DNA from: a virus
Taxonomy: Duplodnaviria; Caudoviricetes
Strand: one strand, 5' to 3'
IMG/VR virus record: IMGVR_UViG_3300049793_000080
Coordinates: 1 to 62,550 of that record
DNA: 62,550 nucleotides
Position numbers and translations under genes: made by a program. Below the pieces are notes generated by a model. The model saw only the letters and a list, made by a program, of their open reading frames with translations, was not told the origin of the DNA and did not search any database. Shown here piece after piece: positions 14,997-25,189 of this stretch (the first letter of the stretch is position 1; each line of letters opens with the position of its first letter).

Positions 14997-16184
14997 ATGG
15001 CCCTGCAGCGCGCGGACTCGATTGGTGACTCCTGTACCACTGTCGGCACGGGAGCCCTCACCCTTCTTGGCGTTGCGCCGCAGGGGCACCTGCCCATCGT
15101 CGGCAACATCACGGACGGTGCGACCATCCGTGTGCGGATCTTCAACTACGACGCCAGCAACCCGAGCCTGACGAACACGGATTGGGAGGTGGTGGAGGGC
15201 GTCTACACCGCCGCAGGGCAGACCCTGACCCGAGTAACGGTCTACGAATCCTCGACAGGCGGGGCTCCGATCAACTTCGCGGCCGGGACGAAGGCTGTTG
15301 TTGTCGTTCTGACGGCGCAGGACTTGGCCGACAAGCAGGATGCGGGCTCCTATGCCACGCTGGGTGCAAACGCCTTCACGGCAACGCAGACGGTGCAAAA
15401 AGCCGTTGCCGCCACATCGACAGATGGCGCGGCGCTTGAGACGACGGCTGCGGCCACTGTTGGCGCGCAGAAGTGGTCCCCTCGCTTTCGCTGGACTGGC
15501 TCGGGATGGAAGACTGATGCAGTAGCGGCTGCGCAGGCGGTCGATTTCATCGCCGAGGTTCAGCCGGTCCAGGGCTCGGCGAATCCCTCGGGGAAATGGG
15601 TCATCTCCAGTCGGGTAAACGGGGGGGCATACACAGAACGCATGAGGGTCGAATCGGGCGGCGCGTTGGTGCTTGCCAACGGCCTGTTTTTCTCCCCGAT
15701 TTCTGCGTCGCGGCTTGGGATCGGGACCACGTCCGGGGCCGTTGACGGCTTTATTGAGGCGGCTCGATTTCGCGACGACACCAACAACGTCGCGGTCGGT
15801 GGGGTCAACTCTGTCACAGGGCACTTTTGTGGCACCAACGCAGGCATGTGGTGGGGCTCAACGAACTGGTACGACACCCCGAATCTCGGGTTGGTCAAGA
15901 ACGCCAGTGGGGTTGCCGCACTGGTTAAGAGCACGTCCACCAGCGACTTCGGCGACATCAAGCTGCGCAACGTCTTGGCTGCAGGCGGCAACGGCTCCTA
16001 CGTCCAGACCCCGAGCATGACGGTAGCGAACCTCGCTGTCGCCTCGACGGCCGGTGCGGGCGCGAGGGCATTCGTCACGGACGCATCAACCACCGTCATT
16101 CTCGGACTCGGGCTCGCCGTCACTGGTGGCGGCGCAAACAAGGTGCCCGTTTACAGCGATGGCACGAACTGGCTGATTGGATAA
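14997..16184 (+). CDS. Tail/head fibre protein
   Basis: N-terminal TTVGTGALTL...DWEVVEGVYT...LTRVTVYESS...INFAAGTK adaptor; ERMRVESGG repeat; C-terminal VPVYSDGTNW. Confidence 0.75.
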   Translation: MALQRADSIGDSCTTVGTGALTLLGVAPQGHLPIVGNITDGATIRVRIFNYDASNPSLTNTDWEVVEGVYTAAGQTLTRVTVYESSTGGAPINFAAGTKAVVVVLTAQDLADKQDAGSYATLGANAFTATQTVQKAVAATSTDGAALETTAAATVGAQKWSPRFRWTGSGWKTDAVAAAQAVDFIAEVQPVQGSANPSGKWVISSRVNGGAYTERMRVESGGALVLANGLFFSPISASRLGIGTTSGAVDGFIEAARFRDDTNNVAVGGVNSVTGHFCGTNAGMWWGSTNWYDTPNLGLVKNASGVAALVKSTSTSDFGDIKLRNVLAAGGNGSYVQTPSMTVANLAVASTAGAGARAFVTDASTTVILGLGLAVTGGGANKVPVYSDGTNWLIG

Positions 16185-16187
16185 ACC

Positions 16188-16409
16188 ATGGCAACCTTCA
16201 ACTTGACGATCACTTACCCCGACGCCCAGCAGACTCGCATCCTGGCGGCGATGAAGGCGACGTATGCCAGCAACGGCACGCCGAACCCGACGAACGCGCA
16301 GGCCATCGAGGCATTGCGCCTTGAAGTCGCCCAGCGCGTCAAGAACATCGTTCAAGGCTATGAGCAGCAACAGGCTGCTGCCGCAGTCGTTCCGGTGGAC
16401 GCCGTATGA
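16188..16409 (+). CDS. Small fibre-associated protein
   Basis: Directly follows the fibre gene. Confidence 0.65.
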   Translation: MATFNLTITYPDAQQTRILAAMKATYASNGTPNPTNAQAIEALRLEVAQRVKNIVQGYEQQQAAAAVVPVDAV

Positions 16410-16552
16410 ACGTCGGAATGATCGGCTACGGCTCTGTTGCCTACGGCATGGCGGGCTTCGGCGCTGTCGTGCTCGGCTCTGAGCCCCAGCCGGCATCCGG
16501 CGGCGGCCTGAGTTTCTGGCTGACCATCGCCCGTCGCCGCGGCCGCTGCTGA
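16406..16552 (+). CDS. 48-aa Gly-rich peptide ending WLTIARRRGRC
   Basis: ATGA overlap; translated by hand. Confidence 0.55.
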   Translation: MNVGMIGYGSVAYGMAGFGAVVLGSEPQPASGGGLSFWLTIARRRGRC

Positions 16553-16580
16553 ACCCCAAACACCCACGAAAGCCAACCCC

Positions 16581-16898
16581 ATGCCCGCCATCATCATCAG
16601 CACCAACGAGGACGGCAGCGTCACGCTCGCGCCCATTGACGCCACCCCGGAGATGCTCCAGGCCGGCGAGCAGTTCGCCTCTATGGACGAAGCCATGCAG
16701 GCGGTGGGCGAAGTGATGGGCGAAGCCCCAGGCGGTGATCAAGCAGGCGCTGGCGGCCAGGGCGGCGACGGCAACCTCGCGCCCAACCCGGACGAAGGAG
16801 CCGAACCGGCGGGGCTCCCCCCGGACGACTCCGAAGCCCCGACCGAGGACGACGAGCAGATGGGCGCAGGCTACAAGCGCGCTCGCCGCGGCCAGTAA
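16581..16898 (+). CDS. Acidic hypothetical protein
   Basis: GC3-rich ORF before terS. Confidence 0.65.
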   Translation: MPAIIISTNEDGSVTLAPIDATPEMLQAGEQFASMDEAMQAVGEVMGEAPGGDQAGAGGQGGDGNLAPNPDEGAEPAGLPPDDSEAPTEDDEQMGAGYKRARRGQ

Positions 16899-16913
16899 GC
16901 CGAGCACCAGACG

Positions 16914-17672
16914 ATGACCGAGCGCAAGAAGCCCATCCCGAAGCCCGAACCCGGCGCGAAGCGCCCGCGGGCCAAGGTGAAGCCTGCGCCGAAGAAGAAG
17001 GCCAAAGGCACGAAAAAGCAGGCTTTGCCGTGCGATACCGCCAAGTTCCCGCTTGCCGTCATCCCCGAGCCGCCACCTCCCCCGCCCTTTGTTCCGCCCA
17101 CCCCGAACGAGTTGTTCCGGGCGTGGCGCGACCAGGACGAGGCTGGAAACATCGCCATGGCTGATCTGGCCGATTACATCGTCTCGGAAGGACACCTGCC
17201 AGGGTTCTGCCGTGAACGCGGCTTTCCGTACAGCACTGTCCGGTCCTGGATTGAAGCGTCCGAGGCCCGAGTCGCCTTGTACGCGCGCGCACGCGAGGAC
17301 CGCGCGGACGTTTTCGCAGACAACACCCAGTCCATTGCCGACGAGGAATGCAGCGCGCCGGTGATCGTGCAGGGCGTGCTGGTGGGCTATGCGGTGGACT
17401 CTGCTGCGGTGCAGCGCAACAAGCTGCGCGTGGAAACCCGCAAGTGGCTGGCCGCGAAGATGAAGCCCCGGGTTTACTCCGACAAGCTGGACGTCACGGC
17501 CAACGTGACCCACGACATTCGCACGGTGTCGGACGAGGATCTGGTGCGCACGCTCAACGCGATGGGCGTCGCGGTGCCGGCACTGGGATCCAAGCCCGGG
17601 CAGGACGCGGCCAACGACCAGAAGGTGGGCATGCCTTCGATGCACACCAGCGTTCCGGTGAGGGCGGCATGA
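16914..17672 (+). CDS. terS: Terminase small subunit (Sf6-like)
   Basis: YARAREDRADVFAD...IADE...VQRNKLRVETRKWLAAKMKPRVYSDK. Confidence 0.9.
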   Translation: MTERKKPIPKPEPGAKRPRAKVKPAPKKKAKGTKKQALPCDTAKFPLAVIPEPPPPPPFVPPTPNELFRAWRDQDEAGNIAMADLADYIVSEGHLPGFCRERGFPYSTVRSWIEASEARVALYARAREDRADVFADNTQSIADEECSAPVIVQGVLVGYAVDSAAVQRNKLRVETRKWLAAKMKPRVYSDKLDVTANVTHDIRTVSDEDLVRTLNAMGVAVPALGSKPGQDAANDQKVGMPSMHTSVPVRAA

Positions 17673-19168
17673 GCGGCTTTAACCCCCTGGAGCTCAACGC
17701 GGTGCAGCGCGCCGAACTGATGTCCGCGCTGGCCGAGTACAAGCGCCGCCGCGGCATGCGCCTGATCGACCAGTTGTTCCCCGACGAAGGCCCGTACCGT
17801 CGCGAGCTGTATCCGAAGCACCTCGAATTCTTCGCCGCCGGCAAGAAGTACAAGCACCGCGTGTTCATCGCCGGCAACCGCGTGGGCAAGACCGTGGCGG
17901 CTGGCACCGAGTGGAGCTACCACCTCACGGGCCTGTACCCGGCATGGTGGGATGGCTACCGCTTCGACCGGCCCATCACGCTGCTGATCGCCGGCGACAC
18001 GCACGAGACGACGCGCGACATTTTGCAGGTCAAGATGGTGGGCGGCACGCGCGACCAGCCCGAAAAGCTGGGGACCGGCCTCATCCCCGGGCGCTGCATC
18101 AAGGGCTACGTGCCACGCATCCACGTGCCGGGCGCCATCGAGAAGGTGTACGTGCGCCACTACAACGCACATGGCGAGGAAGACGGCGAGAGCGTCATGT
18201 GGCTGCGCTCCTACGTCCAAGGCCGGGAAATCTTCCAGGGCTTCGAGCTCGATGGCTTCTGGCCCGACGAGGAGTGCCCGCCCGAGGTGTACCAGGAGGG
18301 GCAGGTGCGCCTCATGACCACGCGCGGCCTGTCCACCTTGTCGTTCACGCCGCTCGAGGGGCTGACTGAGCTCGTCTCCGGCTTCATGGGCCCGCCCGAG
18401 GACAACGAGAACGCCAGCCGGTTCGTCGTGTCGTGCGGCTGGGACGATGTTCCCCACCTGGACGAAGTCGCCAAGCGCGAGCTGCTGGCCAACCTGCCGC
18501 CGCATCAGAAGGACGCTCGCTCCAAGGGCATCCCGCAACTGGGCGCCGGCGCGATCTACCCGGTGCTGCCCGAGGACATCGAGGTGGACGACTTCGAGCT
18601 GCCCACGCACTGGCACCGCGGCTACGGCATGGACGTGGGCTGGAACCGCACCGCATGCCTGTGGGGTGCGTGGGACCGCACGGCAGACGTGATCTACGTC
18701 TACTCCGAGCACTATCGTGGGCAGGCCGAGCCGATCCTGCACGCTGCTGCCGTCAAGGCGCGTGGGCAGAGCATGCAAGGTGCCATCGACCCGGCATCGA
18801 AGGGCCGCCAGCAGGCTGACGGCAAGCAGTTGCTCAAGATGTACCGCGACCTGGGCTTGAACCTGCACGAAGCGAACAACGGTGTCGAGGCCGGCATCTA
18901 TGACGTGTGGCAGCGCCTGTCCACCGGCCGCCTCAAGTTCTTCAAGTCGTGCCGCAACACGATGGCCGAGTTCAAGATTTACCGCCGCGACCTCAACGGC
19001 AAGATCGTCAAGGCCAACGACCACGCGATGGACGCGCTGCGCTACCTGATCGCCACCCCGCGCGTGTTCGCGCCCGTGGTCAGCGAATACGAGCGCCAGC
19101 AGATCCTCGAACAAGAAACCGCCGACCAGGGTGTATTCATCCCGTTCGATCCGGGCATGAACATGTAA
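17669..19168 (+). CDS. terL: Terminase large subunit (P22-like)
   Basis: Walker A AGNRVGKT, Walker B FWPDEE, SFTP coupling motif, nuclease GMDVGW and DHAMDALRY. Confidence 0.95.
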   Translation: MSGFNPLELNAVQRAELMSALAEYKRRRGMRLIDQLFPDEGPYRRELYPKHLEFFAAGKKYKHRVFIAGNRVGKTVAAGTEWSYHLTGLYPAWWDGYRFDRPITLLIAGDTHETTRDILQVKMVGGTRDQPEKLGTGLIPGRCIKGYVPRIHVPGAIEKVYVRHYNAHGEEDGESVMWLRSYVQGREIFQGFELDGFWPDEECPPEVYQEGQVRLMTTRGLSTLSFTPLEGLTELVSGFMGPPEDNENASRFVVSCGWDDVPHLDEVAKRELLANLPPHQKDARSKGIPQLGAGAIYPVLPEDIEVDDFELPTHWHRGYGMDVGWNRTACLWGAWDRTADVIYVYSEHYRGQAEPILHAAAVKARGQSMQGAIDPASKGRQQADGKQLLKMYRDLGLNLHEANNGVEAGIYDVWQRLSTGRLKFFKSCRNTMAEFKIYRRDLNGKIVKANDHAMDALRYLIATPRVFAPVVSEYERQQILEQETADQGVFIPFDPGMNM

Positions 19169-19176
19169 GGACCACG

Positions 19177-21666
19177 ATGGCCAAAGAATCATTCGCAAGC
19201 ACCGTGGCCGACTCATTCAACGACGAGGCGCCCGAGGACTCGGTGCATGCACAGCGCATCGCCGCCGCCCAGGCGCTGGGTGACGAGCTGCTGCCCAAGC
19301 GCAAGGAGGCCATCGACGGCAAGAAGGCGACTAACATCGAGCAGGACTGGCAGGAGGACGAGGAGTTCTACCAGTCCATCGATGCGGCCAACCCCGAGGG
19401 TGAGACGAACGTGGGCAAGCCGGTCAGCACCGAGGGCGGCCCCATCGGCGTGCAGAAGACTGCGCCGCGCCGCTCCAGCGTGTTCCTGCCGCTGACGCGC
19501 CCCTACGTCGACGCCGCGGCCGCACGCATCGCGGACATGCTGCTGCCCAACGACGACATGCCGTGGAGCCTGAAGCCCACGCCGATCCCGGAGACAGGCT
19601 CATCGCCGGACATGCAGCCTCCAGGCAAGCCCACCGCCGTAGCTGCAGCTGCGACTGGTGGCGACCCGGCCGCATCGATGATGGGCACGCCCCCGCTGGC
19701 GGCTGACATGATGAATGCGGGCCCGGCTGCACCCTCCACTCCGGCCATGGGCAGCACCACGGGCATGGCCGGGCCACTGTCCATGGGCGCGCCAACCGCG
19801 ATGGCGCAGCCGCCCATGAACCCGGCGCAGGCCATCATGGCGCAGCCGGCCGCCGTGGCCACCGCCGCGCCCGACGAGGACGGCGTGGAGAAGACGCCCG
19901 AGGACAAGGCCGCCGACGCTGCGACGAAACAGATCACCGACTGGCTGATCGAGTGCCAGTACCACGCCGAATTCCGCAAGATGCTGGAGAACGCGGCGAA
20001 GCTGGGCACCGGCATCCTCAAGGGCCCGATCCCCTTCAAGCGCGTCAGCCAGAAGATGGTGCGCAACAAGGACGGCACGCAAACGCTCACGCGCGTGGAG
20101 ATGACCGTTCCCATCTCGGTCAGCATCGACCCGCGCAACTTCTTCCCCGACCCGGCATGCGGCGAGGACGTGCAGCGTGGCGGCTACACCTGGGAGTACG
20201 ACACTCTCTCGGCGCGCGTCGTGCAGGAGCTGCTCAAAGACGACAGCTACATCCACGAGCAACTCAAGAAGGTGCTGCGCGAGGGCCCGGCAAAGCAAGG
20301 CGAGGCACCGCGTAGCCCCCAGGCAGATGGTGCCCAGCGCTCCCTCATCGGCTCGTCCTTCGGCGTCTGGTACTTCCACGGCATGGTGGAGCGCGAGGTG
20401 CTGATCGCCGCGGGCATTGAGCCGGACGAGTTCAGCCCCGAGATGGCCGAGATGATGAGCGTGCCGGCCATCATCACCATGATCAACGACACGGTGGTGA
20501 AGGCGGCGCTCACGCCGATGGACATGGGCGGCTTCCCGTATGACGTCATGCCGTGGCAGCGCCGCGCTGGCATGCTGTGGGGCATGGGCGTCGCGCGCCA
20601 GATGCGCACGCCGCAGCGCATCGCCAACGCCGCCATGCGTGCGCTCATGGACAACGCCGGGTTCACCTCCGGGCCGCTGTGGGCCGTGCGCAAGGGCTGG
20701 GTCAAGCCCATCGACGGCTCGTGGGAGCTCACGCCGCGCAAGGGTTTCGAGATGACCGACAAGGCCCCGGACACGGCCAAGATCGGCGACGCCATCACCT
20801 TCACTAACGTCCAGGCGGCGCAGGCCGAGCTCGAGCGCATCGTGCAGTTGGCCATGAAGCAGGCCGAGGATGCCACCGGACTGCCGATGCTGATGCAGGG
20901 CCAGCAGGGCGCCGCGCCGGACACGGTAGGCGGCATGACGATCCTGAACAACAACGGCTCCACCGTGCTGCGCCGCATCGCGCGGCAGGCCGACGACTGC
21001 GTGACCGAGCGCCACATCCGGCGGTACTACTACTGGCTGCTGGAGAACAGCAACAACGAGGCGGCCAAGGGCGACTTTCAGATCGACGCGCGCGGCAGCA
21101 CGGCGCTGGTGGACCGCGAGCTGGCCAATCAGGCGCTGGTGCAGCTCGCGCCCATCCTGGAAGCGGACCCGGACATCCACAAGGAGCGCTTCCACACCGA
21201 ACTGCTCAAGGCGCACCGCATCGACCCGAAGAACCTGTTCATGACCGCTGCCGAGAAGAAGGCGCGCGACGCCAAGGGCGCTCCGGTCGACCCGCGCGTG
21301 CAGGTGGCGCAGATCAACGACGCCGGCGAGACGACGCGCCACGAGAAGGAGTTGATCGCCAAGCACGTCGACGCGACCGAGGACCGCAAGGTGGACCTCA
21401 AGAAGATCGAGGCCGAGTACGAGGCCTTCCTCGGCAAACTGGCGCTCGACCAGGGAGTGAGCAAGGACAAGATCAAAGAGTCCCTGTTCAAGACCACTTC
21501 GACGCTGAACACGCAGGTGGCCCTGGCCAACGCCGCGCGCGAGCACCAGTCGAACGAATCGGGCGCCGACCGCGCGCAGGGCGACGCGCACAAGGCCATC
21601 GACGTGGCCACCGCCGCAGCCGAGCCCCCCGACAAGGCCAAGGCAGGACACGCCTTCGAGCAATGA
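19177..21666 (+). CDS. Portal protein
   Basis: 829 aa after terL; AAKLGTGILKGP, IDPRNFFPDP, WGMGVARQMRTPQ...NAAMRALMDN. Confidence 0.9.
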   Translation: MAKESFASTVADSFNDEAPEDSVHAQRIAAAQALGDELLPKRKEAIDGKKATNIEQDWQEDEEFYQSIDAANPEGETNVGKPVSTEGGPIGVQKTAPRRSSVFLPLTRPYVDAAAARIADMLLPNDDMPWSLKPTPIPETGSSPDMQPPGKPTAVAAAATGGDPAASMMGTPPLAADMMNAGPAAPSTPAMGSTTGMAGPLSMGAPTAMAQPPMNPAQAIMAQPAAVATAAPDEDGVEKTPEDKAADAATKQITDWLIECQYHAEFRKMLENAAKLGTGILKGPIPFKRVSQKMVRNKDGTQTLTRVEMTVPISVSIDPRNFFPDPACGEDVQRGGYTWEYDTLSARVVQELLKDDSYIHEQLKKVLREGPAKQGEAPRSPQADGAQRSLIGSSFGVWYFHGMVEREVLIAAGIEPDEFSPEMAEMMSVPAIITMINDTVVKAALTPMDMGGFPYDVMPWQRRAGMLWGMGVARQMRTPQRIANAAMRALMDNAGFTSGPLWAVRKGWVKPIDGSWELTPRKGFEMTDKAPDTAKIGDAITFTNVQAAQAELERIVQLAMKQAEDATGLPMLMQGQQGAAPDTVGGMTILNNNGSTVLRRIARQADDCVTERHIRRYYYWLLENSNNEAAKGDFQIDARGSTALVDRELANQALVQLAPILEADPDIHKERFHTELLKAHRIDPKNLFMTAAEKKARDAKGAPVDPRVQVAQINDAGETTRHEKELIAKHVDATEDRKVDLKKIEAEYEAFLGKLALDQGVSKDKIKESLFKTTSTLNTQVALANAAREHQSNESGADRAQGDAHKAIDVATAAAEPPDKAKAGHAFEQ

Positions 21667-21731
21667 ATCCAGTGAGAGCCCTTTGACATTCCAAAACGTC
21701 ACCTGATTAACAGACAAAGGAAACCAGCACC

Positions 21732-22307
21732 ATGAATCTCTTCAAATCCGCCGACAAGCTCAGGATCACCGAGCGCCTGTCGTTCTCCTTCAACGCGATG
21801 GTCCGCGCCTACAAGCAGGGCGGCTCCTACGACGAGTGCAACGCCATGGAGGTGGTGCGCGCCTGCGATGCGTCGAGCCGCATCGTGAGCGCGACGGCCG
21901 CCACATTGGTAGTCACCGAAGCACTGCACAACGATCGCATCATCTTGCTGGATCGCGCCGCCGGGATCGCTGCGACGTTGCCAGCGGCTGCCATTGGCCT
22001 GCGCTTTCGCTTCATCGTGAAGACCACCTTCACCGGCGCTGCCAGCATCAAGAGCGTCGTGGGCAGCGACATCATGATCGGCCACGCGATCATGGGTAAT
22101 GACTCGGACAACACGGTGGTTGATTGGCAGTCCATCGCGGCGACGACCAACGACACCATCGATCTGTTCGGCGCGGCCAACTCCACCGGCGGCATGGCGG
22201 GCCAAGAAATCGAAATCATCGGCTTGGCCGCGGGCTTGTGGTTCGTGTCGATTCGCGGTGACGCGGCTGGCACGGAGGCCACGCCGTTCGCCAACACGGT
22301 GGCGTAA
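21732..22307 (+). CDS. Virion structural/decoration protein
   Basis: AAGGA RBS; TLPAAAIGLRFRFIV beta-sandwich motif. Confidence 0.7.
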   Translation: MNLFKSADKLRITERLSFSFNAMVRAYKQGGSYDECNAMEVVRACDASSRIVSATAATLVVTEALHNDRIILLDRAAGIAATLPAAAIGLRFRFIVKTTFTGAASIKSVVGSDIMIGHAIMGNDSDNTVVDWQSIAATTNDTIDLFGAANSTGGMAGQEIEIIGLAAGLWFVSIRGDAAGTEATPFANTVA

Positions 22308-22367
22308 CCCGGGTCAGCTTGCGCAAGGGGCGTGACAGGCCCCTTCCCCAATGCACCAGGACACGAC

Positions 22368-22655
22368 ATGGAAATGACGCAACCCATCGAGGCAGAACGC
22401 GAATTCGCGCTGACCCGCGCCGAGGTGATCAGCCCGTTGTGGCAGCGCCTAAGCGCGTACCTGACCGATGAACTGCAGTCGCTGCGCGAGCGCAATGACA
22501 ACGTGCAGGACATCCGAGACACGACCCTGCTGCGCGGTGAACTGCGCGCGGTCAAAAGAATTCTTGCCCTGGCCGACGAGGCGGGACAGGAATCGCGGCA
22601 GGCCGATGAAGAGAGCTTCACCGAGCTTGCAATTCCCCGCCTCAATGGCGGATAG
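22368..22655 (+). CDS. Small head-module protein (Bbp19-like)
   Basis: WQRL...LRERND...TTLLRGELRAVKRIL; lies between portal and scaffold. Confidence 0.65.
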   Translation: MEMTQPIEAEREFALTRAEVISPLWQRLSAYLTDELQSLRERNDNVQDIRDTTLLRGELRAVKRILALADEAGQESRQADEESFTELAIPRLNGG

Positions 22656-22674
22656 GCCAACTGGAGAGACTTAG

Positions 22675-23610
22675 ATGGGCGAAGAAGTTATCGATGATCT
22701 GCAACCACTGACAGGAACGGCGCTCGACAGCCTGGGTGATGGAGGCGTTGACGACGACTCCGACATGATGGCTGGCTACGAGGGTGCTGGTGGCGGCGAA
22801 GGCGTGGACACCGTGGCGCGCGAACCCATGAAGGACGCAAACAGCGTTCCCGAAGGCGACGACGACATCCCGGGCGTACCTACTGCAGCCAAGCCCAAGC
22901 CCACCGCAGCACCGACGGCGGCCGCAGCCCCCGAGAAAATTGGGGACTGGACAGTGGCCGAGGTGCGCGAGCGATTCGCAGCGATGGACGCAGTGGTGAA
23001 GGGCCACGCCACCGTCGCTGGAACCGTGGGCAACCTCAAGCAGCGCCTCGACGGCGAAGCGCGCCAACTCACCGCCGCCGATTTCCCCGGCGTGGTGGAG
23101 GAGTTTGGCGAGCAGTACGCCACCGCCCTGGCCAACGACTTCAACAAGGTCCGCGGCCTGGGCGTAGCAACTCAAGGTCCATCGAAAGACGAACTCGAAG
23201 CGCTGATCAGCACCCGAGCTTCCGAACAGGCGACCCTCCTCGAGCAAAAGCTGGAGAAGAAGGCCGTCCTGCGCGCGCACAAGGATGCAGACGATCACTT
23301 CACCACGTATGCGCCCGATGGGAGCGTGAAAGCTGGAGCGAAAGCCGAAGCCTTCCACGCCTGGGTGGGTGCGCTCCCGCAGGACCGGCAATCGCTCATC
23401 GCGAACAGCTGGGACTCGGACGTGATGATTCAGGCGCTCGCCGACTTCAAGACTCACGAGAAGGCTCAATCCGCTCCCGCCGGAGGTGCAGCGGCATCCC
23501 GACAAAAACGACTGGAGCGCGCCGCCACCCCGCAAGGAAGTGGAGCAGGCGCCCCGGTCGCTGAAGACGATCTGGCCGCCGGCTACGACTCTGCCAAGGG
23601 ACGTCGCTGA
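22675..23610 (+). CDS. Scaffolding protein
   Basis: Acidic N-terminus, helical body; immediately before the MCP. Confidence 0.75.
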   Translation: MGEEVIDDLQPLTGTALDSLGDGGVDDDSDMMAGYEGAGGGEGVDTVAREPMKDANSVPEGDDDIPGVPTAAKPKPTAAPTAAAAPEKIGDWTVAEVRERFAAMDAVVKGHATVAGTVGNLKQRLDGEARQLTAADFPGVVEEFGEQYATALANDFNKVRGLGVATQGPSKDELEALISTRASEQATLLEQKLEKKAVLRAHKDADDHFTTYAPDGSVKAGAKAEAFHAWVGALPQDRQSLIANSWDSDVMIQALADFKTHEKAQSAPAGGAAASRQKRLERAATPQGSGAGAPVAEDDLAAGYDSAKGRR

Positions 23611-23654
23611 ACGGCTCACACCCTCAATCGGAAATCAATTAAGGAGCTGCCACC

Positions 23655-24698
23655 ATGGCAATTCAACTCACTACCACCCAGACCGCGCGGGTAAACAAGC
23701 TCAAGGGCGAAATCATCGCCCACGCGGAGCCCAAGGAAGTCCTGGGCATCACCGGCGACCAGAAGGACATGGCGAAGAACGTGGGCAACACCTACATCTT
23801 CCGACGCTGGTTGCCATACGGCGGCGTCGACAACAAGTGGGTCACCGGCGCCAACGTTGCCGCGTTCGCGACCAACCACCTGGGCGTCGAAGGTCAGACC
23901 CCGGCGGCCGACACGCTCACGGCAGTGGACATCACCGTGGTGCTGAACCAGTACATGTGCCTGTACGCGGTGACCGACCAGACCGTCGACCTGTACGAGG
24001 ACAACATCCCCACGGAGATGAAAGTCCAGACCGGCCAGCGCATCGGGCTCGTGCGCGAGATGGTTCGCTACGGCGTGCTCAAGGGCATGACCAATGCCTT
24101 CTTCGCCGGCGGCACCACGCGCGGCACCGTGGCGGCATCGTTGACGCTCAACATGGTGCGCAAGGTCACGAAGTCGCTCCAGGCCAGCCACGCCGAGATG
24201 ATCGGCAAGGTCATCGCCGCGGGTCCGCACTTCAACACCAGCCCGGTGGAGGAGACGTATCTGGTGTTCTGCCACACCGACATGGCACCGGCCATCCGTG
24301 ACCTGCCGGGCTTCACCAAGGTGGTGGAGTACGCCGGCATGAAGCGCATTCACCCGCTGGAAATCGGCGCGTGCGAGTCGTTCCGCTTCATCCTGTCGCC
24401 GGAATTGGCCCCGTACATCAACGCCGGCGCCGCAGTGGGCACGCTGGGCCTGTACTCCACGGGCGGCACGCTGATCGACGTCTACCCGGTGATCGTGGCG
24501 GCCGAGAACGCATGGGGCCAGATCGCGCTCAAGGGCAAGAAGTCGCTGGACGTGACCTGGATTCCCCCGGGCACGAAGGACACCAACGACCCGCTGGGCC
24601 AGCGCGGCTACATCGGCGCCAAGACGTACTTCAACTGCACGATGCTCAACCAAGGTTGGGCAGCGGTGGTTGAGTGCGGCACGCCGGATCTGGCGTAA
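23655..24698 (+). CDS. Major capsid protein, N4-gp56 family
   Basis: AAGGAG RBS; FRRWLPYG, EGQTP, EIGACESFRFI, DVYP, DPLGQRGYIGAK. Confidence 0.93.
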   Translation: MAIQLTTTQTARVNKLKGEIIAHAEPKEVLGITGDQKDMAKNVGNTYIFRRWLPYGGVDNKWVTGANVAAFATNHLGVEGQTPAADTLTAVDITVVLNQYMCLYAVTDQTVDLYEDNIPTEMKVQTGQRIGLVREMVRYGVLKGMTNAFFAGGTTRGTVAASLTLNMVRKVTKSLQASHAEMIGKVIAAGPHFNTSPVEETYLVFCHTDMAPAIRDLPGFTKVVEYAGMKRIHPLEIGACESFRFILSPELAPYINAGAAVGTLGLYSTGGTLIDVYPVIVAAENAWGQIALKGKKSLDVTWIPPGTKDTNDPLGQRGYIGAKTYFNCTMLNQGWAAVVECGTPDLA

Positions 24699-24766
24699 GC
24701 GTCATGGGCCCGGGGTGACCTGGGCCCGCTTCAACAACCTCACGAAACTCTCAAGGAGCCACGAAC

Positions 24767-25132
24767 ATGGCAACCAATATCGTTTACACCGCCACTGGCG
24801 GCGCCGGCGACGGCACCAAGCACCACGCGCTCGGCAAAGTGGTCTTCGACGCGACGGCCATCGTCGCCGCCGACTCGGTGATCATCCTGTGCGGCTTCAA
24901 GCCGCGCCGGGTACGCTGGGTCAACATCACCGACCGCGTGGAGGGTGAGTGGTTTGAAGGCATGGCCGACGACTCGTGCCTGAAAACGGTCGCGGCCGGC
25001 ACGCGCACCCTGGAAGTGACCGGCGGCAACGGCGGCATCACCGTGGGCGAGCGCGGGTTCAGCGTCCTGCAAAACGCCACGCTGGCGCTGATCCTGGCCA
25101 GCAAGACCATCCAGTACGAGGCCTGGGCCTAA
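24767..25132 (+). CDS. Virion-associated protein
   Basis: AAGGAG RBS; CGFKPRRVRWVN...EWFEGM. Confidence 0.75.
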   Translation: MATNIVYTATGGAGDGTKHHALGKVVFDATAIVAADSVIILCGFKPRRVRWVNITDRVEGEWFEGMADDSCLKTVAAGTRTLEVTGGNGGITVGERGFSVLQNATLALILASKTIQYEAWA

Positions 25133-25141
25133 GCGGCATCC

Positions 25142-25169
25142 GGGGCTCGCTTCGGCGGGCCCCTTCTTC
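25142..25169 (+). terminator. Rho-independent terminator after the head genes
   Basis: GGGGCTCGC-TTCG-GCGGGCCCC-TTCTT. Confidence 0.7.
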
Positions 25170-25189
25170 ATTCACTTCAAGGAATCGAC

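Noticed and set aside
17348-17668. Longer upstream starts given by the ORF track for terL, portal, nozzle, endolysin and others
   Set aside because: Extensions overlap real upstream genes; downstream ATGs with RBS or ATGA coupling fit better
21683-21712. TTGACA promoter after the portal
   Set aside because: No convincing -10 at 16-18 nt spacing
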